Under the pieces are notes generated by a model that saw nothing but the letters and a program-made list of their open reading frames with translations, had not been told where the DNA came from and ran no database searches. Shown piece by piece: positions 21,555 to 35,417 of a stretch of 64,000 nucleotides of DNA. Source of the stretch: Guillardia theta CCMP2712 (taxonomy: Eukaryota; Protista; Cryptophyta); the NCBI RefSeq assembly GCF_000315625.1, contig NW_005434673.1, forward strand, positions 1-64,000, read 5' to 3'. The translations under genes and the position numbers were made by a program. Numbering within the stretch: the first letter of the stretch is position 1; each line of letters starts with the position of its first letter.

Positions 21555-24500
21555 ATGTACGGCCATGGCCTTGATAAGTCATCCGAGGATGATTCAGATG
21601 AAGAACTGATTGTAACATCCTATCCTCTTCGGAGTCCTGAGGATGAGTTGAACAGGGTGATAAGAGTTCTTGGTGGATGGGGTCAATTTCCATCGTTCCA
21701 AACTGGAATCCATTGCATGCATGTTGCATGGGGCTGTTTGCGTGCAAGAGCAAGTCAAATCGAAAATCAAGATGAGATAGAAACTTGGCGCGATGGAGGC
21801 ATAAGCCGATATAGCTTCTGCTCGGTCTTGGATGAAATGGGGGTTCTAAACAGAACCAAGGCCTCGTTGTTGTTTGATATGATTGTCGGTCACCGAGGCA
21901 CCGTCATGACCAAAGCAGACTTCTTCGGGAGAATGAGGTATGCAGATGTTAAGTTGGACTTCCGTGGGTCAGGGGATGAAGTTATTCAGCGAAGTAGCGA
22001 AGGCAGGCAGAGCTTGACGACGTGCAGCAATCCGCTGGCATGGAACTTGGACTTGAACTCGTCTGGTAGGAATCTGATACCGTACAAGCGAGACAAACTG
22101 CTCAAGATGGATGCTGGAAGAGAAGCTCATTGGAAACTTTCTGTTCGTGCCTCGTTCATAGCAATCAGTAATGAGCACCAAGTGAGGTTCAGAGAAATCA
22201 GACACCAGAGAGCTTTGCAAGAGTTGCAGCAGCTTGATCGATGTAAAACGTTTGTATACCTCGACAAAAACAGTTTTGCAAAACGCAAAAGAGATGTGAT
22301 GCGCGAGCTGGAGGTGGCGAACAGCATCTATGACATCCTTGGGCCCCTCGGCTCCTGCAGCTCCACGCCGACTGAGATCTCCGCCTGGGACGTCTCGAAA
22401 GGTCAGCGGGTCTGGGCGGGGGAAACTCCCTGGTCAGGATTCGAGCAGACGCTCGCTCCAAGGTCCCTCTTCTTCTGCTCCCCAGAGTACAGCGAGAGGA
22501 GCATCCCCTACCAATTTCACAAAGACCTTCCCGTCTTGCTCTCCTCCGCATACTCAAACTACAAGACCCGACGCACCCTCGAGAGTTTGTTGAAGCTCTG
22601 GGCCCTCCATCCCCTGCGAAGTTTCTTTGACTTGTGGCGCTCCGAGTGGAAGGCAGGAAAGGAGAACCTGAAAGCCGGCAAGCTGAAACCAGCTGAGGAG
22701 AAGGAGACGGAAGAGGTGAAGGAACGAGCTGCTCTGTGGCGACCGATCCAAGGCGCCTTGACGGGTGAGGAGATTTTTGAGCTGAAGAGAGACTTTGTAG
22801 GAAACAGAGCTTGGGATACAGAGATGGAGAGTGCTTTGCTCGAAGAGGATGCAGCAGCCGTCATGTCCAAGTCGAAGAAAGTCAAGACAGAGGACAAGGA
22901 TAACGAGGACAGCTCTACACGCATGCTGCTCAAAGATCCCGTACCCAAAGGATGTTACATGGGCGTTGAAGAACTTCTGAGAAGCAGACAAGTGTGGAGC
23001 TACAACTCTCTCCTTGACTCTCTTCGCCGTCAGATCGACTTCTTCATCAGCGTCAAGCAGGTTCCCAGCAGGTTGGAGCTCCCTGCTGAGCCCCAGACTA
23101 GGGAGACCGAACTCCCCAAGCGCAAGACCCTCGTCTTGCATGCTCCTCCCCCTCCTCCCTGCGACAACAGACCGGAGCTCATGCCCTTGACCCAAATCCG
23201 GCAGGTTCCCTATGATGGGCCGCAGTCGATACCCATCCCCGAGCTGCAGCTGCCAGAGGAAGAGGAGCTGCCAACCTTCCGCCCTCCTGTCCCACGAAAA
23301 GTCCCCAAGTTGGAACTCCTTGTCGGTAAGAGCAGTCTATCGCTTCCTTCGCACCTTCTCCTCTTCTCACGTTTACGACTTTCAGTCTGGGTGCGGAAAG
23401 AATGGAGCAAATCTGTGCTGCGATGGAATCGGTTGACACAACTCATCTCTCACCGAACGCACATCCTGAAGAAGCTAAGGAAGTACGGGAAGCAGATCCC
23501 AGTAGAGTATCTCCTCCTGCCCAACACGACGAGGCTGAAGCCGTATCCTGTCGGGGTCTACCGTAGACCCAAGAAGCCCGTCCTGCAGGATGAGCATGTG
23601 GTCGCCGAGCCTCCTCCCAAGCCTCCTCCTCTCAAGAAGATCCCAAACTTCGACTACACCTCCTCCACCTCCATCCCCAGCAGGCCCATACAGCCCCCGC
23701 TAGACATGCTCATGCACCGCGTGATGGGCGAGGCGCCAATCTTCATCACCGACTTCTCGGGAACGATGACGGGGGAGAGGCAGAGACAGCTCAAGGAGCT
23801 CGTCGCCTGCTTGCTCCGTCCGCTTGGCCCCGTTCGGAGGAGGACGCGGATGTGACAAGTCAGCCGAGGGAGGGGCAGCTGCTGACGCTATGCTGCAGGT
23901 TCGAGTTCCTGCGATTCAACGAGGGGTACGACGCGCATGGCACTGAATGTCCGGCGAGCGCGAGGAGACGTGGCGGCGAGGAGATCAGCACGTGGAAGCT
24001 GCGCAGGTGGACTGAGGAGAAGCTGAGGAGCGTTCAAGGATGGATCGCAACCTCCAGCACGCAGGAGGCTGTAGGAGAGCACGAGATGATCTGCACGAGA
24101 GGCGCGCGGGGCATGGCGAGTCGCCTGCTGGGAGCGCTGAGAGCCGCCATGCGTTGCAGCAACAGGTCGGAGGTCTGGCTGCTGACGGATGGAGACGTCG
24201 ATGAGCCAAAGAAGATTGAGAGCTTCATGAAGAGCTTGACAAGCCCCCCGCCTCCCATCCACTCTATTGCCTTCGCTCCCAACGACGACGGTGAAAGGTG
24301 AACCCCTCTCCTCTCCCTCCTCCTTCTCCCCCTCCCCCCCCCATGGCTTTCTCCTCCTCCCTTTCTCTGCCTTCTCCTCTCTTCATCTTCTCCTCCTGCC
24401 CTTCTCTTTTCATCCTCCACTCCTTGCATGCTGAGCTGAAGGCCCACAAAGGTTTCTGAGGAAGATGAGCCTGATGACTGGGGGAAAGTTCGTGCTGTAC

Positions 24501-26549
24501 GAGGAGGGCGCGGGTTTCGAGGAACGAGTGAGGCGGTACGACCTGGAGGAGACGAACTACCGGAAGAACTACGAGGCGCTGAAGGCGCAGGATGAACGAA
24601 ATCGGGCGGAGAAAGTTGCGGAACATGCGAGGATGGTGGAGAAGATTTACCGAGCGAACGAGGATAGTGTGCGAGAGTATCAGGAGGTGCTGAAGCAGCA
24701 CAAGGAAGACACGCTGAGGATGAAGGAAACAAAACTCGCCAAGATTATCGAGCAGAACCGCAAGGCCATGGAGGAGTACACGATGCAGGATAAGGCGGCG
24801 CGTCAGTCAGCGGAGGAGACGTGGAGGAGGAAGCTGGAGGATCGGATAGCAGAGAACCAGGAGGTGAAGGGGTTGGAGGAAGAGGAGGGGACAAGAACGC
24901 TGCAGCAAAACCTTGAGAGCATCGTGAGCATACAGAGGAGACATCGCGCGCACGTGCAGAACATCATCTCATCCAACGAGACGCTGCTTGCTCGAGCACG
25001 AGCCGAGCATGACGCTGCTGTCTTGGAGGTGAAGAGGAACAACGAGGCTCGACGCCAGGAGGCCGTCAAGGAGCACATGGAGGATGCGGCAAGGGCCCAA
25101 GAGCACAACGCGATGGTGCAGAGAGTCCGATCAGAGTACGATGAGGAGGGAAAACTTGTCCAGAGCCTCAACATACAGGGGCAGCAGAACCTGCACAAGA
25201 AGTTCCTGGAGGAGGAGGAAGAGTACGCGGCGAAGTTCGGAGGACGGGCCATGGAGGGCTACCTGACAGACATCCTGCTGGATGCCGAGGGGAGGCCGCA
25301 CGTCATTCCTCCCCTTGCCATGGAGGAGGAAGCAAGGGAAAGAGCTGCTCGCTGCAGTGGGGCAGACGAGGAGGAGAACCGAGAGGAGGGGGATCGACTC
25401 GATGGACGACAAGCTGAGTTCATGAGGGAAGTCTCGTATCGTGGTGACCTGCTCTTCGTGCTGAGCGACCGGCGCGGGGAGTTTGTTGGAGGATGGAAGG
25501 AGGGGCTGGGGGCATGGAACCTTTACGTGGAGATACTTCGGCGAGGGAGAAACTTTGAGCAGGGAAAGCTGGAGCAGTTCAGAAAGGTAGTGAGGACAGA
25601 GCAGGAGATTATCCGCAGGCTGGGGGAATGGGCTCGTAAACTGGACAAGAACTTCGAGAAGTTCTACATCCCCGACGAGAGGTTCTTCATCAGCATGATG
25701 GACAACAAGAGTCGACTAGCGTTTCTCAACAGCCTGAGATTCCACGTGAGATCCGAGAGGGAGGAAAGGAGGGGGGTGGGAGGGAGACGAGGAGCAGGCA
25801 AGAGAGAAGGCAAGATGACGAGGTTGCAGATCTGTGGGAGGCGCGAGATGTTGCGGGCTGTGACCGAGTGGCTGCTGGAGGTGGAGGAGGTTCTTTCGCT
25901 CAACTGGCGCCTAAGGTTTCCTACTCCACCGTTCCTCTCCTCTGTTTTTCCCTCCTCTCTTATCCCCTCCCCTCCCCTCCCCTCCCCTCCCCTCCTCTCT
26001 TCCCCTATCCTATCCTATCCTATCTTCACTCCCCATCTCTCTCGCTCCTTTTGACCCTCGTGGTTCTCCGTTAGACGGCAAGCGAGTATATCGCATCGCT
26101 GCCTGTGCAACGAGCTGAGAAGGCGAGACAAGGCGGCGAGGAAGGTCGACAACCTTGTCGTAGCCGCTTGACAGCCTGACGGGCACGCAGGAGGCTGCGG
26201 CTGAGCACGCGAAGAAGGTGCAGGCGATCGCGAGGCACAACATGTGGGTGAAGAAGCTCGAGAGAGTGAGGAAAGGTGCTCCACCCTCACCTCGCTCCTC
26301 CCCCTGCTGACCCTCCAGCAGCCGCAGACAGTGACGTCCCAACCTGCAAATTCCTCATCTCAATTCTCATCACCATGTCTGCTGGAATCAAAGGTCTCCT
26401 CCTCCTCCTCCTCCTCCTCCTCCTCCTCCTCCTCCTCCTCCTCCTCCTCCTCCTCCTCCTCCTCCTCCTCTCCTCCTCAGCTGATACTCGAGGCAGGGTC
26501 CGCCACAATCTCCCCCGAGCTGCTGGAGGTGACGCCTGCTGCCTCGTGA
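21555..26549 (+). CDS. Large spliced protein with a vWA-like domain and long coiled coil (ends approximate)
   Basis: PIFITDFSGTM (MIDAS-like), VWLLTDG, IHSIAF and FL..MSLMTGGKF, followed by the E/R/K-rich helical ORF 24465..26054. Confidence 0.6.
26397..26478. repeat. (CCT)n microsatellite
   Basis: Directly visible. Confidence 0.95.
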
Positions 26550-26850
26550 TTTGCTGGGTGACTGACGCCTGCTCAGCTGCTGCTGCAGTACGTGAGGGGA
26601 GATCTGAGTCAGCTCGTGCTAGAGAGAAGCATTCACGGACTCGTCGGCGGGAAAATCGGAAGAGCCATTATGGCATGGAGAAAGAATTGAAAGAAATGGA
26701 GAAGATACAGATGAAGAGGGAGCAGGGAGCAGGAGGGAGAGGCTGTAATCTAATGTACCATACTGCATGTACAGGCGAATGCAGGAACAAGCATATGAAA
26801 AAAAAACATTTCATGAAAGAATAGGTAGCAGAACAACCCCAACCAGCGTC

Positions 26851-28449
26851 TTAACAGATCACGCAGCCATCCGCCTTGGGATTTCCATTCTTCAGCAGAC
26901 TTTCCATCTGCTCCTTATCTTTCTTCGCGCACATATCCTGAGCCACTTGCAGCGGGGTGTATCCCTGATTCATCTGCCACGTATCGTGAGTCCTCCTCCT
27001 CCCCCACCGAATCTCAACGTCTCCCAGCGCGCCTTCCCATCTCACCTTGGTGTCCGTGCAAGCTTTGTATCTCAACAGGATCTTCGCGGCATCCACAGCT
27101 CCGTTGTAAGCAGCGTAGTGCAGAGCAGTGCAGCCCTTGAGGAGGATCAGAGGGGGGGGGAAGGGGAAGAGGGCAAACCTTGCAATCTTGGAGGTTAACC
27201 TTGGCTCCATTCTTAAGAAGAAAAAGAACAACATCTGCCTTGTTCTCCTGCGCTGCATAGTGAAGCGCGACCGCACCCTGCGAACAAGCAACGCATGAGG
27301 GAGGTGCAGATATATCGAGATGAGCGTCCACCTTATTCCTTTCCGACTTCTCTGGATTTGTTGGCATGTCTACGACAGCCTTCGCCTCCACCAACGCCTG
27401 CAGTTTCTCAGTCTCTTCCAGTATTCTTAGAAATTCTCACCTTCACGCATTTGAGATCTCCGCCATAGCAGGCGTCATGGAGTGGCGAACAGCCGTTCAC
27501 TTTGTCGTATGAGTTGATCTGCGCGCCAGCCTCCAGCAGCAGCTTCAAGTTTGCCTGCCATCGACAGAGGTCAGATGGTTGTATCAGGACTGCAGTACTC
27601 ACAAATGACTGGGAGAGAGCAGCGTAATGCAGCGGGGTGATGCCCTCGTTGTCAGCCAGGTCCACGTCCGCTCCCCGCTGGATCAGAATCTTCACGCACT
27701 CCACATCTCCACTAAGAGGAGCAGGTAAGAACCGTCAAGGGGAAAATCACGCGTCAAGCATCAGATCGCGTCAAGCATCAGATCGTGTCAAGCATCAGAT
27801 CGTGTCAAGCATCAGATCGCGTCAAGCATCAGATCGCGTCAGTCTAGAGTCAAGCTGACCTGGCACAGCGGGCAAGCGGCGTCCTTCCCTTGTTGTCTCG
27901 AGCATCGCACTGCGCTCCTTTATCCAGAAGCCACTTCACCTGAAGGCAACGTCAGCTTCAAATGATGGGACACACAAGGTGACCAGGTCAGGCCTGCCGG
28001 TAAATGCCGCAAAGTGCAGGTATGTCTCGCCGAACTCGTTACTGGCTTGCAATCCCTCTCCTGCAACCGTGAGCTTATTGATACTTGAAAGATCCTATGA
28101 GAACAGATGTAAGGAAAGCTTGAAACAGTAAGAAATTACCTTCAAAGTCTTCACAAAAGTTTCCTCCTGTTCTTCACTGTACAATAGACACTGAGCCTTC
28201 TGTCCTGACTCTTGCACAGCTGGGCCTTGAAACTGAGGTCCAATGAGTGAAACGAGGGACGGAACCGCATTTCAACACCTCAGTACGAGATCTCTTGAGA
28301 GATGTCCTCGACGAAGACCTGGTTGATTTCTCTTTCTTTGTCTGACTCTTGCTGAGACTGGGCTCCTCTTCTTCCTGGGCACTGACATCGGATTCGTTGA
28401 CTTCCGTATGCGAGGCAGTGCTCCGTCGACCCCCAGGAATACGAGCCAT
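26851..28449 (-). CDS. Ankyrin repeat protein ending in a CaaX-like motif (CVIC)
   Basis: GETYLHFAA, GITPLHYAA, GCSPLHDAC, GAVALHYAA, GCTALHYAA and GYTPLQVA on successive exons. Confidence 0.9.
27750..27841. repeat. Intronic 17-bp tandem repeat GYGTCAAGCATCAGATC, ~5 copies
   Basis: Directly visible. Confidence 0.9.
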
Positions 28450-29650
28450 GTTATCCACCCTTCGACACTGCCCACCGCGTCAGAAAAACATCATTATACT
28501 CCAACTTAAAGGAATCACAAACGTTTAATCTGTTGGAAGAATGAATTTGATCCTTCTTGGCTTATCTGATTGTTTTGCCCCTGACCACACTATACTTCCA
28601 ATCTTGTCCTCCCTCGCCCGTCTCACGTTTTCTTACCTCCATGCCAGCACCTTTGTTCACCCTCTTCACTTCCACACACTTCCAAGAACCCTCCCGTTGT
28701 CACCCTGTAAGCTCAGACATCCAACAAGCTCCATCTCAATTTTTCCCCTCCTTTTCTTTCAGTTGATCCCCTAATCCCCGGCCTGGTCCTGTCTCGTCTC
28801 ATACTTTCTCATCTCTCGTCTCACACTTTCTCATCTTCGCGCCTCTTTCAATCTCATCTCATGTTTTCGTCTCGCCTCTTATCTTCTCTCCCCGCTCCTT
28901 CTCTCTCCTCTCCTTCCCTGTTTCTTGTTGATAGTGCCATTTTGGCGCCAAGCCCCTACATCCACCCCTGTGCATGGCACCCCTGCAAGCTGCATAGGAC
29001 CCCCCAATCATAGATAAAAGTACCCCTGAATTATACAGAGAACAATCAAATGAATCCACCCCTACCCAGTGGGTTTTCAAATGATCATCGGACAGCGTTC
29101 CTCCTCCCGGGCCGGTCCCCATCAAAGAGTTCGCGAACCGTGCCGGGTTGCCCGTCTGAGTCACTGAGTCTACGGACCTGTCCAGTGTCAGAGTCGGAGA
29201 GTCAGAGTCAGACTACAGTCAGAGTCAGACTCGGTCGTCAGAGTCATCAGAACGGTCACGGCCGGGCAGACCGATTACTGACTCGGAGTAACGGTCTGTC
29301 GGGCGGGTGCTCATAGGAAAAATGGCAAGATTTTTTTTTCTTTATTGACTGAAAAAGAAGGGCAAACCGGAGCAAACAAAGGAGGACGAGGATAAAGCCT
29401 AGCACGCAAACGATATACTGCCGAAATAGGCGAGCACGCAAACGATGACAGGCAAACACGCCGGTCCCCCTCAGGGCCTTGCCGAAGGACCTGCTTGGTG
29501 AAGTGCTGTACCGGGCGCTTTGACTTTTTTAGTTCAAGGCCTCAATCAAAAGTCGCAATCCGTCAAGTTCTTTCGTTTTCAATATTTGAGAGACACTTTT
29601 CAAATATATTCAGGAACCCGTCAAATCTGCCCGTTTGACTTGGCGGCGAC

Positions 29651-32600
29651 ATGGGGAAGGTACGAAGCTGCAACGACAGAGCAGGGAGAGGAAGGAGGAG
29701 GAGGAGGAGGAGGAGGATTGAGATGATGAACATGATAATGATCATGATGACATAATGATGGAGATGATGATGATGATCACGATGATGATGATGATGAGGA
29801 TGGAGATGACGATTACGATGATCATGATCATGATCATGATCATGACGACGATGATGATGACGATAATGATGATAACGATGATGATTATGGGGACGTTGAT
29901 GATGTTGATGATGATGGAGTTGATGATGTTGATGATGATAACGATGAGGATGACGATGAGGATGACGAGGACGAGGAGCAGAGGGAGGAGGAGGATGAAG
30001 AGGATGAGGACGAGGATTGGGATGCCGTGGATGGACGATGGAGGAGGAGAGGGGAGGATCAAGAACAAATGTGTGTCCAGGACATGGCCCATGATATATC
30101 GATGAATGCGTTTGTGAATTACATAATGAGTAGAGGTGCAGCATATCTGTGGTAGAATCCATTCATCGTCTTATTCAATTTTCTTTCCATACTGCGTTTC
30201 AAATATCCGTGACGAAAAGATCAGGTTTCACTTCTTGATGTGGTTCAAGGGGAAGGGGCGCAGTCAAAGTCAACCACACCGGCAGTTCAGCCGTCTGTCA
30301 CCGGGTCAGCAGTCACAGGGCAAGGAAGCAAAGCGACCATCATCACCAATCCCGATCAGATTCGTTTGTTGTACATCATCTCGAAATATTCCAGTCCTGC
30401 GCGTCAGGTTTGACGTCCTTCTTTTTCCTCACTCCTGACGTCGCTATAGCCTGGCGATGAGGAGCTTTGCATGCGGAGGCTTCCCTTGGTTGTTCTCATG
30501 TATGAAGCCATTATTGAAGACGTGCTGGACTACGATTACGCTCCTGTATGGTCTCAAAGTATGCTGGATATGTTGCTGATAAGATTGTCACAGGTTGCGG
30601 TGAACGTTTGCCATGAAGGGATTTCACGCAACGTCTGGATGAATGTGACTCAGGAGGGCATCCATGCCCTGGACGATTTCATTTCGAAGAATTTGTGTCG
30701 GAATATCAAGCTGCAGAGTAAGGATTTCTCTGCAGTAACAGCGTATCAGATTACAGAGAAAGGGCTCAATTTTCTTGCAAGGGCACCCAAAGAGATTTTG
30801 ATGGCAGTGGACGACTTCTTGTATCGTTCTGGTGATGTACTCCAGGTGCTGACGAAACAAGCGACGTGATAGCTGCTTGAGGTATCAAAATGACAAGTCA
30901 TGACAGGTTCGCTTTAACGGCTCGGATTTCGAGATATACACATCTAGCGGTTTTTCACAGCAGTCAGGAGTCACAGATACGGAAGATGTGAGTTACGTCT
31001 CAAGCCCCTGGCTGCCGCAGAGTTTGCGCTACACCTCGAAACCATTGCGAAGCTTTGCTCACCGGGCATACGAAGCGGCAGAGGGGATCAGTCAATTGAA
31101 TGACGAGCTGGACTCAGCCATGTGACGTTGCCATGTGGATGTCTCTGCTTCCAGTGATCGAACACCCGCAGACGGCTGCGAAACGTCAACCTCCTCGTCG
31201 CTGAGTGGATTCCCCTGGGCCCGAATCAGCTCTGGTACCTCATGGACCGTCTGGGCGTCCTCGATCGTTGCCAGGTCAGCCCCAGCAGCTGTGACCTCCT
31301 CGTCTGACGAGCCGTAGGGGGGCATGTTCACAGCTCAAGTAGACAACAACCCGGCGAAGAGCAAGTTTCAGTGTCCCGTCGGGTGAGTGCGACAGGTTGA
31401 ACAGTTGCTGAGAGAGGTGACGGGCTTACCAGCCTGACTGCGGTGAGGGTTCTCGACTTTGACCTCAGCGAGGCCGTCAACTTCGAGGCTGAGATTCTGT
31501 ACCCGGAAGAGCCTGGCATCGTTCAGGTGCGCCCATGGCTGCAGCTGCGGCAGCAACTGTGAGCAAGGGAGCAGGTGGAGTACTTCGGGATGCATATGGA
31601 CGTAGATGGAGGGATCATGATCGGGCTGAAAGTGGAGGCGATTGAGAAGTCTCCAGCAGAGCAGCTGAGCATCGACTTGATCAGTCGTCTGGTTGTCGAC
31701 ATCATGAATGACTCGTCTCGCATCATTGGCGATCTGCTCTCCGAGTACCAGAGGGTTCAGGTAGATGGATGTTGTTGGTTCCAATGCTGCTGATCGTGGG
31801 CAGATGAACATGGTCTTCCGAGGGGAGTCTTTCTCACGCGAAAAGTTTGTCCTCTACCTGGCCGACTCGATTGAGCCCTTGACCAAGGCCGAAGCCTACA
31901 TGAACGACGCGCAGTTTGTGGCTGAGCTACGGCAGGTTGCCCTGTAGATGCTCACGAAGGGATGCGGACTGACCTCATGTAGATCGTCGGAGATTTGCAG
32001 TCCGTGCACTGCCTGAGCAGCGAAGACGTGGTGATCCTGGGGTCGAAGGGATGTATCGCTGCTGGGCCTCGTTGCAAGATGAATGAGGAGCTGCTTGCTC
32101 GCTTCATGGTCCTCGGAGCAAGAGACAACTTCGTCAAGTCTGTCTTCGTGCGCCTCAAAGTCCTCAACTCCGAGCTACTGCACATCCGAGATCTCCTCAT
32201 CAAGCACAACGAGCATCCCAATAGAGGAAACGTCATCCGTGAGAAACTTGCGGATGCTTCCCGTGACATCTCCCTGCTCAAGGAGCTCCAGCAGTACCTC
32301 GTCGAGTCCCTCCAGGGCTTCAGAGTCCCTCCCCTCCCCTCGGAACTTTCAGGGCGGAAGATGTACAGCTTCCTCGACCTGCACTCGAGGCTCAAGGACG
32401 CCGTGCTGCGAGCTCGCGATCTTTACAAGCTGATCGAAGGAGCTGAGAACGAGTACAGGACGCTGGTGAAGATGATGGACGTTGTGGGGAAGTCAGCGCT
32501 GGAGCAGGTGGTGAAGTTCACCAAGCAGAACACTCAGGATCTCGTGCAGAACAGCTTGACGGAGGCGAGAAACGCCCAGGGCATGCAAATGGTGAACATC

Positions 32601-33300
32601 ATGATGGCAGGGAACTTCATCTTCGCACTTATCGACAAGGCGGTTGGAGGCGTCGAGAACTGGAATGGAGACTACGACAAGGAATGGCTCATCGTCCTTG
32701 ACCGCAACTTCCCCCTCTCAATCTTCGGCTTCCACGTCATCGCCTTCATCCTCTGGTCCTGGCTTCTCACCTCCCTGCTCAACCACCTTGCGGCCGAGGC
32801 TGACGGATATCTTATTTGGCGTCTCAAGATGAACCGCAAGATCGACCCTAAGGCCATGACGGCCTGGGCGAGTACGAAAGTTCTCATCAGCAGCAGCGTC
32901 GACATGGACCGGACAGTCCGGCCGGCGCGGAAGATGCGAAAGGCGTACTGGGAGGAGACAAGTCACAGCAGGTGGAAGGGACCAGCCCCCCTGCTGGAGA
33001 TTTTCTACGACGAGACCAACGGATTCCTCCTCCAAGTTGTCTTCTCGTACCAAAAGACCAAGTGCGTTCTTCCTCCTCCTCCTCCCCCTTCTCTTTCTAC
33101 TCCTCCTGCCCCTTCTCTTTCTACTCTTCCTCCTTTTCCTCCTTCTCTCCCACGATCTAACGACTTGCAGGTCTGAGCTCTCGCAGCCCGAGCTTCTCAA
33201 CCTCTTTCAAGATGATCTTGTGGCTAATCGCATCCTCAAGTCCGAAGACCGTCTCCTCCTCCCAGAGTTCGACGCGGATGCCATCGCCGACATTGACTGA
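29651..33300 (+). CDS. Conserved-looking protein of unknown function with a helical bundle and two C-terminal TM helices (start uncertain)
   Basis: Spliced exons QIRLLYIISKY, LDYDYAP, WMNVTQEG, TEDVSYVSSPWLP, EWIPLGPNQ, DRCQGGMFT and the 393-aa ORF 31995..33176 with two hydrophobic segments. Confidence 0.65.
29690..30050. repeat. Imperfect (GGA)n/(ATG)n microsatellite, probably intronic
   Basis: Directly visible; it produces spurious poly-Met/His/Ile ORFs. Confidence 0.9.
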
Positions 33301-33540
33301 GAATCTCACCCTTCCTCCCGTTCCCTCCCTCCTTCCCACCTATCTCTTTCTCCTCTCTCTCTCTTCTCCCTTCCATCCTTCTCGCTTCTCCTCTCTCTTC
33401 TCCCTTCCTCCTATCTCTCTCTCCTCTCTCTCGCCCTTCCTCACTCCGACTCCTCCTGTGTTTTATTTCTCTCCTACTCCATCCCTTCCTCTCTTTCCCC
33501 TCCCCTCCTACATTGGATTGCAACCCCTTTATCTCTCTGC

Positions 33541-35286
33541 TCATAGTTTACACATGGGCGAGTAGTCCGGCACATAGATCGCCTTCCGAACGGCTGCAAG
33601 CACTTCACCCTCCTGCAGCGTCGCAGAGCACATCCCCTCCTTCATTCCCTCATGCACCACTGCCACCGCGATCTTCTCCGACACCCTTCGCATGTCTGTC
33701 ACAATTGTCACAGCAGGACGAGGCAGGAGAAGCGGACAGGACAGGAAGCACCGTAGGAGGCATTCGAGGAGGGGAGGAAGAGGAGGGAGCGATTAGTCAC
33801 CTTGTAGCGGGGGGAACAAGCATCCATTCTTGATGTCTCCGTCCGTCACCTGATCCGCGAGAGCGCGAGCGGCGATTCGGAACATGTTGTCAGTGATATG
33901 ACGGAGTTTTCCCACCACCGCGCCCAACCCAACGCCGGGGAAGATGTAGGCATTGTTGCCTTGCCCGGGGACGAACAAGCGACCGTCGCGCTCGATGGGG
34001 TCGAAGGGAGAGCCGCTGGCGAAGAGAACCTTTCCTCGCGTCCATGTCCAGGCCTCCTCTGCCGAGCACTCGGCCAGCTGCGTGGGGTTGGAGAGAGGGA
34101 AGAGGATGGGGCGCTCGTTGATCTCGCTCATCAGCTCCACGATCTCCCGCGTGAAGACCTTGGCTGTCGCACAGACGCCGATGAGGGCGGTAGGGCGGAG
34201 GGTGCGGACGATAGAGAGCAGGTCCTTGATCTTGCCGTGCTCGTGCGCATAGTTGAGCTTGTGATGCTGAAGCTCCTCCCTCCTCGACTTGACCACCAGC
34301 CCCTTGCTGTCCACCAGCCAACACCTTGCCCTTGCCTCCTCCTTCGTCAGCCCCTCTGCATGCATCTGCTCCACCACCAGGTCTGCGATGCCGGTCCCTG
34401 CCTCGCCTGCCCCCATGAAGACCAGCACCTCATCTCTCAGCCTCGTCCCCTTGACCCTCACAGCGCTTAGCAGGCCCGCAAGCGCCACCGCTGCCGTTCC
34501 CTGGATGTCGTCGTTGAACGTGCAGATCCTCTGCCTGTAGCTCTGCAGCAGCTGGAAGGCGGTTGTGTTGCCAAAGTCTTCAAACTGTATCAGGATCCCA
34601 GGGAACTTACTGGACAAGGACGTGAGAACTTCCTCCATGAAGGCGAAGTAAGCCTCTCCCCGCACTCTCGCTGACGGCAGGCCCGTGTACATGGCGTCTG
34701 CATGCAGTTTCTTGTTGTTCGTCCCCACGTCGACGAGGATCGGCAGGCATCGTCTCGGGTGAATGCCAGCGCATGCCGTGTAGAGGTTCAGCTTGCCGAT
34801 CGGGATCCCCATGCCGTAGGCCCCGAGATCCCCCAGGCCCAAAATCCGCTCGCCGTCAGTGATGACAGCCACGTCCACCTGACACTCGGGCCAGTTGTTG
34901 AGGATGTTGCTCACGTTGCCCTTGTCCTCTATCGACAGGTACATGCCACGCGGGCGCTGGAAAATGTGCCCATACCGCAAGCATGCCAGCCCGACGACAG
35001 GCGTGTAGATGATGGGCATGAGCTCCTGGAGATGGTCGACGAGCACGCGATAGAAGAGAGTCTCGTTGGTGTCGAGGAGCGACATGAGGAAGAAGTACTT
35101 GTGCAGGGGCTCGCTGATCTCACTCAGCTGCTTCATCACACGCTTCTCCTGCAGGCTCAACGACTTGACAGCAGGAGGAAGCAGTCCTCGCAGATGCAGC
35201 CTGTCTCGCTCGTTCGGACTGAAGGCATCCCCGTGGTTCACAATGGGATCACGAAGACAGCTGTACCCAAACTTTGCCCTCTCCAT
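33541..35286 (-). CDS. Malic enzyme (NAD(P)-dependent malate dehydrogenase, decarboxylating); possible extra 5' exon reaching 35829
   Basis: [64 protein letters not shown]; the last exon ends YSPMCKL*. Confidence 0.96.
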
Positions 35287-35417
35287 CCTGTACCAGCAGA
35301 ACAAACAGTCACTCGAGATGTAATGTCACTTTTCTTCCCACATTCAATATCACTGTCCTCACAATCTCAGCTCTGCTACTCGACTATTTACACGCTCATC
35401 AAGTTACTGCGCTGCCT

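Noticed and set aside
29563-30162. His-rich, Met-rich and Ile-rich ORFs
   Set aside because: Translations of an (ATG)n microsatellite in different frames.
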